From: Octopus vulgaris
Lineage: Eukaryota
Assembly: GCA_951406725.2 (NCBI GenBank)
Contig: OX597821.1
Coordinates: 81,592,001 to 81,656,000 of the forward strand
Length of the DNA stretch: 64,000 nucleotides
Direction: 5' to 3'
Below, one piece after another: positions 26,234 through 40,289 of the stretch. Below the pieces are notes generated by a model. That model did no database searches, had not been told where the DNA came from, and saw only the letters and a list, made by a program, of their open reading frames with translations. Both the position numbers and the translations under genes were made by a program. The first letter of the stretch is position 1. Every line of letters starts with the position of its first letter.

Positions 26234-28073
26234 CTAGAATTGATAATGAAAAATGAAGAAACCACATTGAATAAAAAGGATGTTATTAATCACAACATCA
26301 ATAATAATAAACAATAATTATCCATATTACTAATTGTTATTATCAATAATTAAAATTAGGTTTATATTTCAGTATTTTATATGCTATATTTGAATGCTGC
26401 ATTAAACTATACTTATTATTATATTATGGGAGAAATTATTATCCTCTGTTTTATAGAATTACATTCAAATCTATTTTTAAACAAAGTTAAGTAAACAAAC
26501 TTCAAAAAGAACAATATACAAGAAAAATATAAACAGTTTCTCCACCTCTTACCTCAATAAAATAAAAATAAATAAAAAGAACAAAACAACAGCAATTAAT
26601 GAATTAATTATAGATATAATGCATATTTTAAATCAGGGTTAAATATTTTCTAGAAAATAAATTATAAAAGTTCCATTAATGTTTCATTAAAATATAATTA
26701 AAAGATGTTAATGATTATAACTAAAAAAAAAAACTATATTAAAATAAAATAAAAGAATGGTAACAGAAAATAAATGAATAAAACAAGCATAAAATTTAGT
26801 TGTGTGACTAAAGAGTATGAGCAAGAACACGATAACATTTGGGAAGGTCAATTAAGGAATCTTTCTATTTTAGCAAAGTAGTTATTCCATTTGCAGAGAA
26901 ATCAGAGGATAACAAATATATACAGTTGCACATAAATGTATACACATATTTTATTCTCATTCATGTGTGTGTGTGTGTGTGCTGTATGTATAGTTTTTTA
27001 AAATTTTGTGATAAAAAAGCTTCCTGCATTTTTTTTTTCCCACCTCCTCATTCTGTCTGTTTCACTTTATCTATCTCTATCTATAAAGGCCAATCAAGGG
27101 GTTCACAGCCTTATCATAGCTGGAAATTGACCAGCCACACTTGATGAACACATTCAGCAGTGGAGACAGTATGGAGAGAGCTGATCAATCAAGACAACTG
27201 TAAACCGAAACTAGAAGTAATTAATTTGAGGACTAATGAAGTTAGATATAGTGATAAATGATGCATCAGAAGATTGGTCGACAAAGGAGGACTTTGAAGG
27301 ATGGATGGGTTCAATGCAACATAGCTTTGCAAACCACTGTAGCAATTGTCCTTACATGGCCTGGGTCTTTAAGCTCAGTGCCCAGTCCATTGCTTTGGAT
27401 TCTGATGAAGTCGCTTTGATGTTCATAGCTACGACACAGATGTACTGACCCATGATTAGCTAATTAATTTATGTCTGAGAAAAGACAATTCAGGTAATAC
27501 AGTCTCCTCTCTTGTTATTATGGTTTGGTTGGAAGCCAAATTGCCTTTCAGAATGAGAAGTTTATTTTCAGCAAGTAGACTTCTGCTCAGTTATTGTCTG
27601 AATTTTTATTATCTTGTTTCTGATGCTGATAAATGAGACAGGCCTGAAGTATATGATAGATGGGCTTTGAATTGGCTATTGTCTATAAATATATATCATC
27701 ATCATCATCATCATCGTTTAACGTCCGCTTTCCATGCTAGCATGGGTTGGACGGTTCAACTGGGGTCTGGCAAGCCCGAAGGCTACACCAGGCCAGTATA
27801 TATATATGTATGTGTGTGTGTGCGTATATATTAGCATCATCATCATCATCATTTCACATCTGTTTTCCATGCTGGCATGGATTGGACAGTTTAGGCACAG
27901 GTGTAGTTATGCGATTGAGAAGCTTGCCTTCCAACCATGTGGTCTTGTGTTCAGTTCCACTTCATAACACTTTGGGCAAGTGCCGTTTTCTATAGCTGTG
28001 GGCTGACCAAAATCTTGTGAGCAGATTTGGAAGACAAAAACTGAAAGAAGGCTGTCGTATATGTGTGTTTCTG

Positions 28074-28104
<31 letters not shown>

Positions 28105-28106
28105 TT

Positions 28107-28700
28107 ATTACAAGGTTTGGAGGTGATGCACAGGTATTATAAATTAGAAAAAATAAGGTACTCAGAAATTTTGATGGTTGTATATTTACAGATTTTTATG
28201 AATATGTCACATGCTTTTTAAAAATCATATAGTAGCGCTTGCATCTACTCTAGTAGATTTTTCAGATTTGAAGAATCTACTAGAGTAGATGCAAGCACTA
28301 ATTTATGATTTATAAAAGCATGGCAATATTAATAAAAATCTGTAAATGTTCAACCATCCAGATTTCCGAGTACCTTAGTTTTTCTAATATGTATGTATAT
28401 ATATATATGTATATATATATATTACAAGGTTTGGAGGTGATGTACAGGTATTATAAATTAGAAAAAATAAGGTACTCAGAAATTTTGATGGTTGTATATT
28501 TACAGATTTTTATGAATATGTCACATGCTTTTATAAATCATATAGTAGCGCTTGCATCTACTCTAGTAGATTTTTCAGATTTGAAGAATCTACTAGAGTA
28601 GATGCAAGCACTAATTTATGATTTATAAAAGCATGGCATATTAATAAAAATCTGTAAATGTTCAACCATCCAGATTTCTGAGTACCTTATTTTTTCTAAT
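28107..28700. repeat. Two tandem 314-bp units, each containing a ~245-bp palindrome
   Basis: Arms attagaaaaaataaggtactc...gcttgcatctactctagtagatt / aatctactagagtagatgcaagc...gagtacctta.tttttctaat at 28143-28388 and 28457-28700. Confidence 0.9.
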
Positions 28701-28755
<55 letters not shown>

Positions 28756-29329
28756 GGTGTTAGAAAGGGCATCCAGCCATAAGAAACCATGCCAATCAGA
28801 CTGGAGTCTGGTGTAACTCCTCAGCTTGCCACTTTAGTCAAACTGTCCAATTCATGTCAGCATGGACAATGAATGTTAAATGATGATGATGATGATGATG
28901 AATGTGCATGTGTGAGTTATTGTCTCCTTGTTTAACATCATGTGATAGCTGTAAATGAGTGTCACTGTCATGCAAGGTGTGTCCTTTGTTTCCAATCTCC
29001 CATGTTTCTGGTCATGGGATCATATTATCTTATTTGGAAAGATGTGAAGGTTGGCTTCAGGAAAAGCATTTATTTGACTCAAGCAAACATCGAAAAGTGG
29101 ATGATAAATGATAAATGATAATGAAATGATAATGATAATAAATGATAATGAACTTATTGTATACAGATCTCAGGTGCACAACAACTCATCAGAACAAGTA
29201 GCCAAAAGTGCATGAACAGCACATTGAATATGCACAGGAAACGAACAGATGAAAGAGTCATATAAAAAAAAGAAGGTGGGGGACATCAGGTGTACTGATG
29301 CATATATATATATATATATATATACATAT

Positions 29330-30182
29330 ATAAAATAAAATATTAGGGAGTAAATCCAAACTTACAGGGAAAAATTAGATTTAGGATTAAATCTAATTTT
29401 ATAGTATAAATATATATTATATTAAATTAGAGATAAGACCACTATTAGGCAAATCAAACAGGGGAAAATCATAAGCCAATACATAGAAATAAAATTAATT
29501 AAAAAATATAATAAATATAAAATATTTAAATTAAAGTTAAAATTCTAAATATATATATATATATTTTTATTATTATTTTATTTATTTATTTTTTATTTTA
29601 TTTATTTTTTTAATTTTAAATTATCAAAAAGTATTAAAAGATAAAGAGTAAAAACACTACGATCGTTTCATGCCTGTAACCAATTCAAATAACAATAATA
29701 TTAATAATAATAACAATAATCGTTAAGTTTTTAGTTTGATAATAGAGTTTTTTATAAGAAAATTTATTATATTATTTATTTCTTAAAAAATATTGTTTAA
29801 ATATTTCTGATTATTTATTAAAATATTACAATTAACCTGAAGATTGACTGTAACCATAATTCGAATTATTAATTGAAATTAAATGATTATTATTGTTATT
29901 TGAATTGGTTACGGGCATGAAACGATCGTAGTGTTTTTACTCTTTATCTTATATTAAACTTATAATACTTTTTGATAATTTAAAATTAAAAAAAAATTTT
30001 TTTTAATTTTTTAATAATAATAAAAAAAATACATATATATATATTTAAAATTTATAAGTTTAATTTATTAATTTTTAAAAATTTTAACTTTAATTTAAAT
30101 ATTTTTTAATTAATTTTATTTCTATGTATTGGCTTATGATTTTCCATTTGATTTGCCTAATAGTGGTTTTATCTATAATTTA

Positions 30183-30190
<8 letters not shown>
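29330..30190. mobile_element. Large AT-rich inverted-repeat element, probably Penelope-like (inverted pseudo-LTR) derived
   Basis: Arms at about 29413-29700 and 29890-30190 are reverse complements, with a cgtttc...ctgaaga...gaaacg signature; embedded in (TA)n. Confidence 0.55.
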
Positions 30191-30228
<38 letters not shown>

Positions 30229-32811
30229 CATGTAAAGGCACATGGCTCAGTGGTTAGAACATCAGGCTTACAATCATAATGTAGTGAGTTCAACTCTCGG
30301 ACTGGGTTGTGTGTTGTGTTCTTGAGCAAAACACTTTATTTCATATCACTCCAGTTTAACCATCTGTAGAAATGAGTCGTGACATCACTGGTGCCAGGCT
30401 GTATCGGCCTTTGCCTTTCCTTGGATGACATCAGTGGCATGGAGAGGTAAGACCGGCGTGCATGACTGACTGCTGGTCTTCCATAAATAACCTTGCCCAG
30501 AGTTGTGCCTTAGAGGGGAACTTTCTAGGTGCAATCCTATGGTCATTCATGACTGATGGGTGTCTTTACCCTTTATAATGGCTTTTGTAGAATGAGAATC
30601 TTTGATTCCATTTTCAGGTATTTTGGATTCGAGAATCCTGTAGGAAGGGGTATTTTCGAGTAAACTAAACTAGACTCGATACACAGTGGTGTGTGAGAAT
30701 GTAAAAGAGTATCAGAAAGAACTGAGGTAGTGAGAGTATGTTGATAGTATTATTCTAGAAATTCCTGGGTACCTAAAAAAGTATCTATAACCAAAGACAA
30801 AAGGTGAAACTGCTAGGTTCACTTTCCTGACTTTTCTACATAATTCTATGTACTGTGTACATGTACCTTTGATGAGTTGTAGCGCACCTGAGCACTATAC
30901 ACAATGATTTCATTATTATTATATTATTATTCCAATTTAAAGATTCCAAAATAGACTTTTTTGTTTTGTTTATGTAAGTGTTTTTTGTTTTCAGTCTTTT
31001 AGTGAACAATCAGCATCATTAAAGTACAGAAATAAAGAAAAAAAAAAAGAAATTAAAAGAAAGTACATTTCATGGTAGACAAATATTTAAGTTAAGCAGG
31101 AATCTGAAGAAAAATTTAAGCCTTGGGTATTCATTTACAACAACAACAACAACAATAACAAACAAAGAGGCTGAATATATACAAAAAAAAAATATAAAAT
31201 AAAATATAAGGTAAATAATGAAAAAAAAATAAATCAAAGCAAAACAGTGATTGAAGCAATTATAATAAGTTTGTCAGCCTATAAAGATTGAACTGTTGTG
31301 TTGAATGTGATACTTATTGGAATTGATTAGAAAGAGCAGAGAAGACTTGCAGTGGGGCAGTGTGTGTGTGTGTGTGTGTGTGTGAAAAACCCTATCATTT
31401 TGGATGGAGCCCTGCTTCAGGGAAAAGTGAACAGGAGAGATATTAATGGGAGACTGGCTTCAACTCGGATTTAATTAAATGATGCAAGTCTTACTGACAG
31501 AGACCAGTTTTGTTGGAGTCCGTTTGATGGCAGGTATCATATGTAATGTGTTTTTTTTTTATATGGTAACGGTTATTGCTGTTTAACCCCAGGTCAGTCT
31601 TGATTGAACGGACCTATGATCAAAGATGTTCCTACCTGCATTTCTATTTCAATACACAGTGTACCTAGGACTACATTCTCTAATGAGTCCTTCCATTTTT
31701 AAGACAGGTGTGCTTTAAGGATTGGCTGCCATTTCTAGCAGGCTGCGCCTATACTAGAACACTCCCTCACTGGTTTATTCTTTTACTTGTTTTAGTCATT
31801 TGACTGCGTCCAGGTCGGAACACTTCTTTTCTAATGATGTCTAAAAATCTATTTAAGTTGTATTTTTGCTTTCATTTTTACAAATCGCCCTTGTGTTCCT
31901 TATTTCTAGGATGCAGCATCACAGGTGTGTGTCCTGTTTATAACATATTGGCACATATACACATGAAATGCTACTCTTTCATGTAACCTCACATATCTAA
32001 TGCCTGTCTCTCTCTCTCTGATATGTTAAGACTTTATTTTTTAAATTTTTTTTTACTTATTTGTTTCAGTCATTGGACTATGGGACACTGCTTTGAATGG
32101 TTTTTAGTTAAACAACTTTATTGCAGAACTTATTAAAGTCTGGTACTTATTCTCTCAGACTCTTCTGCCAACATATATATATATGACAAATTTTCAATTT
32201 TCATCCACCAAATTCCCCAACAAGCCATTGGTCAATCCAGGGCTATAATAGAAGACAGTGGTCCAAAGTGTTACACAGTGGAATCCAAGTCCACATGGTT
32301 CCAAAGAGAGCTTCTTAAACCAGACAGCTATGTCTTTCATTCTGAAAGTTTTCCCAGATGTATCTCTGCTACTTCTATTGTACTTATTTGTACCATGCTA
32401 AGATCCATATTCATTTGTGTGATAAAATCTATAAAAAATATCACAAAACCCTACCCTTGATATAGTGTATTTGCATGTGTCTTCTGCTCTCTACAATATC
32501 GTTTCATACTTGTTGCATGTCATCTATATCATATGCCTTTGTGAGATGTTATGATCTACATGCCAGTTGTAGCTTATATAATGTTCTACCCATTCTATGT
32601 TATGACTACACAACTGTTTCCCCAATTAATACGTGTATCTGTCATGTCTACACAGTTTATTAATCTGATAATAATACTCAATGATAGATTTTAGATCTGA
32701 TCTGATCTGATATCTTCAATTTCAATCAAATTGATTCAATAAAGCAATACTGGGTAATCAGTCGCTAAACGAGAAATCTATCTCAAAGATAAAATAAATC
32801 TAATTCATTTT

Positions 32812-33175
32812 TTATCTTTTACTTGTTTCAGTCATTAGACTGTGGCCTTGCTGAGTCATCGCCTTATAGAATTTTAATCGAATGAATCGCCCCCCCCCCC
32901 CCCGGTGCTATTTTTTGAAGCCTGGTATTGGTCCCTTTTGCTGAACTGATGTAAACGCACAAACACCGGTTGTCAAGTGGTAGAGAATGCAAACAGGGTC
33001 ACAAACACACAATGGGGCTTCTTTCAGTTTCAATCTACCAAATCCATTCACAAGGCTTTGGTTGGCCCAAGGCTATAGTGATAACACATGCCAAAGTTGC
33101 CACACAATGGGACTGAACCCAGAACCATGTGGTTGAGAAGCAACCTTCTTACCACACATTCACGCCTGTGCCTAT
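32812..33175 (-). mobile_element. SINE family A, older copy (other degraded minus copies near 340-520, 32050-32330, 47560-47890)
   Basis: tttacttgtttcagtcatt ... gggactgaacccagaaccatgtggttg. Confidence 0.75.
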
Positions 33176-33569
33176 AAAAACCATCAAATTATTTTGGTTC
33201 ATTATATTTCTACCATTATCTCATACTACAATGAGTGGTAGGGATACGTAAATAAAGATGCTTGGACATAAATGACTGGATCGTGCATTTTCCCAGCTTA
33301 ACACCCTTCCTGTGATTAACACCCTTCATGTAAACTGAAATATTTTCAGTAATGTACCATGGTTGAAGTCACAAGCATAATAGAAATATCAATGTATGAA
33401 CTGAGAATATTGCACAATTGGGAATCAATAATCTATTGCAGTTATTGTGCTTTTAATAATTATGACCACAGTTTTATAGCTAATACAGCTTCCGTGATAT
33501 ATGTTCATTGTAAAAATATAATTTAATTCCACTACAAAATCAAAAAAAAAAAAAAAGTACCCATGATTT

Positions 33570-33840
33570 TGAAAACATTTTTTCATGCTCTGAATTGCTG
33601 AAGCATGGAATAAACCATCCACATCAGTTGCTAATTGTCGGGACACTACATCCTTTAAAACTCCCATGCTCCCTGAAATTCGCCAATAGCACACCTGATG
33701 TCCCACATTCTTTTTTTTTTAAACAACTCATCCACTGTCCACTTCCTGTGCATTATTCTATGTACTGTTCATGCACTTTTGGTTACTTTTTCTGATGAGT
33801 TGTAGTGCACCTGAGCACTGTATACAACAGGTTCATTATA
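33570..33840 (+). mobile_element. CR1-type LINE 3' end (other truncated copies near 4290, 18110-18370, 30820-30930, and 29150-29300 on minus)
   Basis: Clear similarity to 9560-9800, including gctgaagcatggaataaac and tgagttgtagtgcacctgagcactgtatacaa. Confidence 0.7.
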
Positions 33841-36800
33841 TATATATAAAATTTCCTGGAGACTATTCTCAGATATTTTAGATCTTTAGGGAAACCACCA
33901 CCATCATTTAATGTCCACTTTTCCATGCTAACATGGGTTGGAGGGAATTTGTTGAGGTGGATTTTTTATGGCCAGATGCCCTTCCAATCACCAACCTACA
34001 CCAGTTTCCATGCAAACTAATATTCCCTGTATCCAGACACAATTTCATGGAAGATTGGAAACTGGCAGTGACACCCATTTATAACTATCATGTGATGTCA
34101 AGATAAGGAGACATCAACACACACACACACTCACATGTATGATGGGCTTCTTTCAGTTTCTATGTATCAAATCCATTCCCAAGGCTTTGGTTGGCTCAGG
34201 GCTATAGCAGGAAGGCACTTGCTCAAGATACCATACAGTGGGATTGAACCTGAGACCATGAGGTTGGGAAGTTAACTTCTCACCATACAACCATGTCTGT
34301 GCCTATATAGATATTTCCTTAAAATCAAATTGCAAAACTAAACATTTTTTTAAATATTTCGGAAACATCAATAAGTATCTTTTGGTTTTGTTTTACAATA
34401 AAATTTTGGAAATTGTCCTTAAATAAAAATGTAGAAAATTTATAGATAATTGCTAAAGCCTAATATCTAAAAGCGATTGAAAAAAATAAAAAATGTATTT
34501 CAAAGCTTAAAAATTTGAAAGTAGAATTAATTTGGCTTTTTTGTTGTTGCCCCCCCCCCCATTAATCATTCTATTTATTTATTTATTTATGTAGACATGA
34601 CTAGATAAAAAAAAATACTTTGTAACTGAAAAAGAACGAATTCTAAAAAAAATCAAGTGTTTACATAATGATTAACATTTAAACTTTAGCAAGGGCTTCA
34701 GTGCATGACCAAAATATATGGCCAAAGCAGAAAGCAGTGAACCGCACACCAAATCGTCTATATCTAAAAGCGAACGGTAGATTTATGTATACAGTTACCT
34801 TCTTCATTGTGGGGTTTTTTTTTTTTTTTTTTTTTTTGTGTGATGGACAATATTTTGTTGGGTATTTTACATAACAGTTAGGATTACAGAAGGATATAAG
34901 AAGTTTATGAAGCTAAGGTTAAGCGGGAGATAGTTTGGGAATCATGTCTGGATACATATCATGGATACATATCAGAAAAGTCCATATCAATTAGCGAGAA
35001 GGGCTAAAGATGGGGTATTTAAAGGAATAGCAAGAACATACACATAAAAAGGAATAGCAACAAAGACGCACGAACGATTTACTATAGAACTTGACGATGA
35101 CAACAACAATAGACGTTGAAGAACATAGAAGAGCAGAAATTAACTAAGAAGGAAATTATATACAATTAAGAGATAAGACATGCCAAGAATAAAGAAGTAG
35201 CATGGCATAAAAATGCTAAAAGGTAATAGCGAAATAAAAAAAAAAAAAAGGAGATTTTAAACAGAAGAGCTTCACTTAAGGCAACATAAAATTCCACTTA
35301 CATTGAGGAATCTTTGTACCAGAGAACCGATTACAGTTGAAAATTTACTTTCAACGATTGCACATGTTTCTCCAAGACACTTATCAGGAAGGTTAAAAAG
35401 TATTAAGATAAATATGTTACTACTAAAAGAAGGTTCTCAGGTTAAATTGCCTCTATGAAGGTGAAAACTGTGCCTTACTTACCAAACACCTGTGTAGCAG
35501 ACTTTACCAATACCTATTCCAAGTGGGCATGATCCGTGGTTGTATGTACGTGAAAGTGGGAAGGAGAGTAGCAAACTAACCAGCTGGGGTATATTTTGCT
35601 AACTAAATATAATTAGATATGGAAGATCAGGGATTTATGGAGTGGGGTCAATTGGGGGGAAAAAAAAACTATATACAGTATAAAATCCTTAAGAGCTTTA
35701 TTATTTATGATAATCTTCTTTAATAAGATTATTCATAGATCTAAACTAATGAAAACACCATAAGAAATAAGGAACTAAAGGAAAGACTTAGTGACGAGTG
35801 TTACAAATTCAAGAGAACCAAACTGTAAACCGCATCATGTGTAATAGATGTACAAGTACATGTATATATCTATAGATGTGTCTATACACAAACACACACA
35901 CATACATAAGTAGAGAGATATATATACATACATACACACAATTACATAATGTTTGTTTATTAAATACAAGATTCAAAGGACTACTTTTCCTTGACTTTCA
36001 AAACTTCAGCAATAATGATTTCCTGAAGTGGGAACCTGAACAACCTCTTCAGGTTTTCATTGTTAAGATACCAAAGAAGCAATACCATAATGCCAATTCT
36101 TCAAGGTATTTACCAATTTTTGCTTTTTTTTAAAATATTTTTTCCAAGTGAGAGATAGAGATTGAAATATCATAGTGAGAAACCTTACAATTATTAACAG
36201 ATGAAGAAGTGGTTTACATAAATTGTTGGCAGCCAGTAATGAAAAATATCTTCTGCTAGAAGAAAGTGAGGTTTTAAATAAGTAGAGAATTTAGTTTGTG
36301 TAGCAGACTAAGAAGTAAAGAGAAGAAAAAAAAAAAAAAAGAAAAGTTCCAAAAAGTCACAGAATAGCAGACTGCTGTGTAACTGCAGCTGTCGAAGATC
36401 AGTCAGCTATTTAGGAAGTTGGTTTTATCTAACTTCTGAAAATAGGAAACTATATTTAAGGTGAGAGGTAACTTGAAAGAAGCCAGGTAATCATTTCATT
36501 TGAATAGTGCATCGAGAAATGAAGATTTCAACTAAGAGAGTACCAAAGTTACAAGAAGTGACATTACATATTTTGTAGAAGATTTATGAAGTCAAAATGA
36601 ATCGGGTATCAGTTAAAGACTTAGAAATGTCAGCTGCCTTCAAATAGTTTTTTTTTTTTACCACAATATGAATCTAAAAGTAACACAATTCAGAGACGTT
36701 AATTTTATGAAGACATAGAATGAAAACAATGAAAAAAGTGAAAGACATTTTTTAAACATTGCTGAAAGATTGGAATAGAAATGAATCAACCACTGCAATC

Positions 36801-36848
36801 CCCTCTTAGATACTACAAACCTTAAGGTATTATCTACTAGATATTTAA

Positions 36849-37060
36849 CCCTTTAGCAATTAAACCAGCCGTTTCTAGACCAAATATTCTACCCATATTA
36901 TGATCAATCTGGCCCTTCATACATTCCTTGCAGTTTCATTCTAAAAATAAACAATCACACCATTGAAATCTCAAAGCTACAAGATGATGCATGATTTAAT
37001 TCAAAGCAATGCGAATAGATAAGCATTCACATTTGACAGAGTAATCTGAATGCTAAAGGG
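36849..37060. mobile_element. piggyBac-like MITE, second family
   Basis: ttaa-ccctttagca ... tgctaaaggg-ttga. Confidence 0.75.
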
Positions 37061-38354
37061 TTGAATGTATATAGCACATGTGGCTGTAAAACTAGAGACT
37101 TATCCAACATGTTACAATCTCTCTACCTTTACAATAAAGCTGGAGACTTATTCAAACAACTTTTATCTATATTCATATATTTACTGAATGAGGGCACGTG
37201 GCTTAGTTGTTAGGGTATTGCACTCATGATTGTGAGACTGAGGGTTCTGTACCCAGAATGGGCACGTGATGTGTTCTTAGGCAAAACACTTCATCTCATG
37301 TTGCTCTGCGATCACTGTGATACCTCATTTGTGATGCACAGTACAGCACAAACACTGAATCACTAGAAGCAAATCATTTGTGAAGGCAAGAGTTTGCAGA
37401 ATGGTCTTCCCTGATCTCAAGAGATTACCATTAATTAATAATACTTTAAAATGGATCACAATGGTTTCAACAACGAATAGTCAGTTGTTCAAGCCACAGA
37501 ACTACCTGCTTATTGATCCAATGCGTAAGTGGTCAAATACTCCATAGACATGTGTGCCATTAAAGCAATTCTCAGGTGGAATCAGCATGACACCAATGTT
37601 ACAAGGTTGGAGACTTTAAAAATTACAGGCACAATCCAGCTGCCAGGCTTCCACACAGTTTCCATCTACCCAATATTACTCACAAGATGCTATGCCACAC
37701 AGTGGTGGGATTGAAACTGGAACCTTGTGATTGCTAAGCAAACTTCTTAACCATTCAGCCATACTGCATCCACGTCCCACTTTTTAATTTTACTGTTAAC
37801 TCAATAACGTAGTTACGTGATATAGCACTTCCATAAATATTTGGATTTTTTTTCAAATTCCCCTCTTATAACTACCACTCTAATTTCTCTCTCTCCCACT
37901 TTCCATATAAACCACACACACACACACTTTGTTTCCTATTTTTACAATGGATTTATTCTTATCCCGATCTTTCCTCAATGAAAAAGAAAGTTCTTTCAGG
38001 CAGACATTAACCTCAACAGTAAGTTAAAGCTTACAAGAAATCTTGCAAATTTACATTATTCAGAATAAGCAGTGGAATATTTATTCACTTAACCTAGCAT
38101 AAATTCTTTTGTTCCTTTTCTGTATCATCCATTATGACACCAAATAAATGGCAGGCCAAATTGTGCTGCCTATGAAGCTATAGCAGACAGTTGCCATTAC
38201 AATTAATATCAAGACGTCATTGCAATTAACCTAGAATAATTAACATTTTTTAAGTTGCTGTTGATGATATATAACAGTGATACAGAAAACAACAAACTAA
38301 TTTCAGATATAATAATTTCAAGCTTATTATGATGAGTCATTAGAGAATACTCAC

Positions 38355-40094
38355 CACTTGAAGATCTGTGTACAAACACTTCTGTTACAGGGCCCAGTTC
38401 GTGGATTTGGATTTGAGGGGATGGAGAGGATTCTGATTGGGGAGGACTAACTTTGGGCTGCTCGGTTTCTGTGGGTGTTGTTTGGTAAGGGCTAGGTGGA
38501 CTGGGGTAGCTATCATCTATGATATCCTTCGATTCAATTACATTATATGGCTGGTTGTAATATGGAGGGGGGTCGGAGACTGTAACTATGGGCTCATCAA
38601 CAGGAGTGTATTGGTACTGTTGCTCTTGTGGAGGGACTATAGGTTCCTCCACCACAGATGGTGGAGGGACTATGGGTTCCTCCACCACAGATGGTGGAGG
38701 GACTATGGGTTCCTCCACCACAGATGATGGAGGGACTATGGGTTCCTCCACCACAGATGATGGAGGGACTATGGGTTCCTCCACCACAGATGGTGGAGGG
38801 ACTATGGGTTCCTCCACCACAGATGGTGGAGGGACTATGGGTTCCTCTACCACAGGTGGTGCTTGATAGGTACTGCAAGTAGAAGCTTCTGGTAATTGCG
38901 GAGGAGGCGTTGCTGATGCAGGCGGAGGAGGCGTTGCTGATGCAGGCGGAGGCGAAAACTGTGCAAGTGGCGGAGATGGAGGGGGAGTACGGCTGTTACT
39001 ACGACTTGTGCATGCCGTGACTGGAGTTTCATTGACCACTGTACCTTCTGAGGTTGTAACTACGCTGGTTGTTGTACTGACGCGCTGAGGCCTCTGCTGC
39101 GGAGGCCAATCCCGACTGTTTGAGCGTTGCCGTTGCATGTAGTCCTTGCTGCTTGAGCGAACAGGTGCAGGAGGTGTGGTGGTGGTTGGTGTCCGGACAG
39201 TAGGTCCAGGAGATGGAGGAGGCTTGCTCACGGTGCGACTGTGGGTCTCGGAAGCACTTACATCAAATACCTCATCATTAACGCTGTGATGCTTACGAGT
39301 GGTTGTCTGTGGGCTGATAGACATCTGGTATACAGTGTAACCGTCAAAAGTGATGGGAGAAGATGGGCCATTAATATATGACTGCATCACTTCGTGTTCC
39401 TCTTGATCGCTTTTGGCCCTTTTTGTAGCGTACCGGGTCTGAGCATGTTTCAGTTCCTCAACGAGGGCCTTTTCCTGATGGCTCCGTTTCCCATCATCGT
39501 CTTCTTTCCTCTGCTTTAACTTTTGTTGCTGCTGCTCCAACCATGACAGTGCTTCAGAATCCATATGAGATGTGTTTTCAGTTGTGTAAGTTGTAGAATA
39601 AGTATTTTCATAATCTGCACGATAAGGCAAGGTGTAGCTTTTAGGAGATGGAGCTGGGCCAGTAGATGGCTCTTTGTCAGGGCTCTTGCGAGACTCTGTC
39701 TCCCTGATTATCTTTGTTTCAACAATGGGTGGTGCAGTGTAAGAGAAAGCATTCTTAGGGACATGCTTCATCTTCTCTTCACTTGATTTGGTGATGGTGT
39801 AGTGGCTCTCTTCTATATAAACTGGTGACTCCTTGATTATCTCAGTTTTTTGGGTAACAATTGACATTGGTTTGTGGGTCTCTGTGTAGGATGATGTCAC
39901 AGTGGAAGTTTCACTGACTGATGCAGGTGCTGGTGTAACAGATTCAAATGCCTGATCCTTCAGCAAACCTTCCAATATGGCATCCAATTCTCTGTGCTCG
40001 TCAAGGGCTTTCGTGGGTTCTGACTTTATTGTAGAACTACTGGTGTGCACTTCAGTGCTTGTCTTTGGAAGAACAGTCTCATTTACTGTGTAAC
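38355..40094 (-). CDS. TNS: Tensin-like gene, large exon B (1740 nt, phase 1-1); S/T/P/E-rich disordered region with LD-like motif, WLEQQQQKLK helix and 11-aa repeats
   Basis: Core of the 656-aa ORF. Acceptor ttctgtttcag|GTTAC, donor AGTG|gtgagt. Length is divisible by 3, GC is raised relative to the introns, and it joins in frame with exons A and C. Confidence 0.9.
38630..38853 (-). repeat. Coding 33-nt minisatellite, 7 x VVEEPIVPP(P/S)S
   Basis: Near-identical units ggagggactatgggttcctccaccacagatggt on the + strand, period 33. Confidence 0.95.
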
Positions 40095-40289
40095 CTGAAA
40101 CAGAAGAAAAAAAAAAAAACAATATTAAAGTAACGAGTAAAAACTGCTTAAGAAAGTGAAAGAGATTACAAACACACATTCACACGAGTGAGAGGAAAAC
40201 AAAAAAGAAAGCAAGACCCAAAACATCTGGTGGGATTACATGGATTTTTTAACAACAGCTTGATAAAACTTTATATAACTTAAAATTTT

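Noticed and set aside
34795-35440. Donor-like sites AAG|gtaact (~34799) and AAT|gtaagt (~35302) as extra exons
   Set aside because: No convincing acceptor, and no open frame in phase 1 to fit between exons B and C.
10624-38853. Shared 33-nt period of the intronic minisatellite and the coding repeat
   Set aside because: The unit sequences are unrelated; coincidence.
38437-38882. Plus-strand and alternative-frame repeat ORFs (MGSSTTDGGGT etc.)
   Set aside because: Shadows of the coding minisatellite in exon B.
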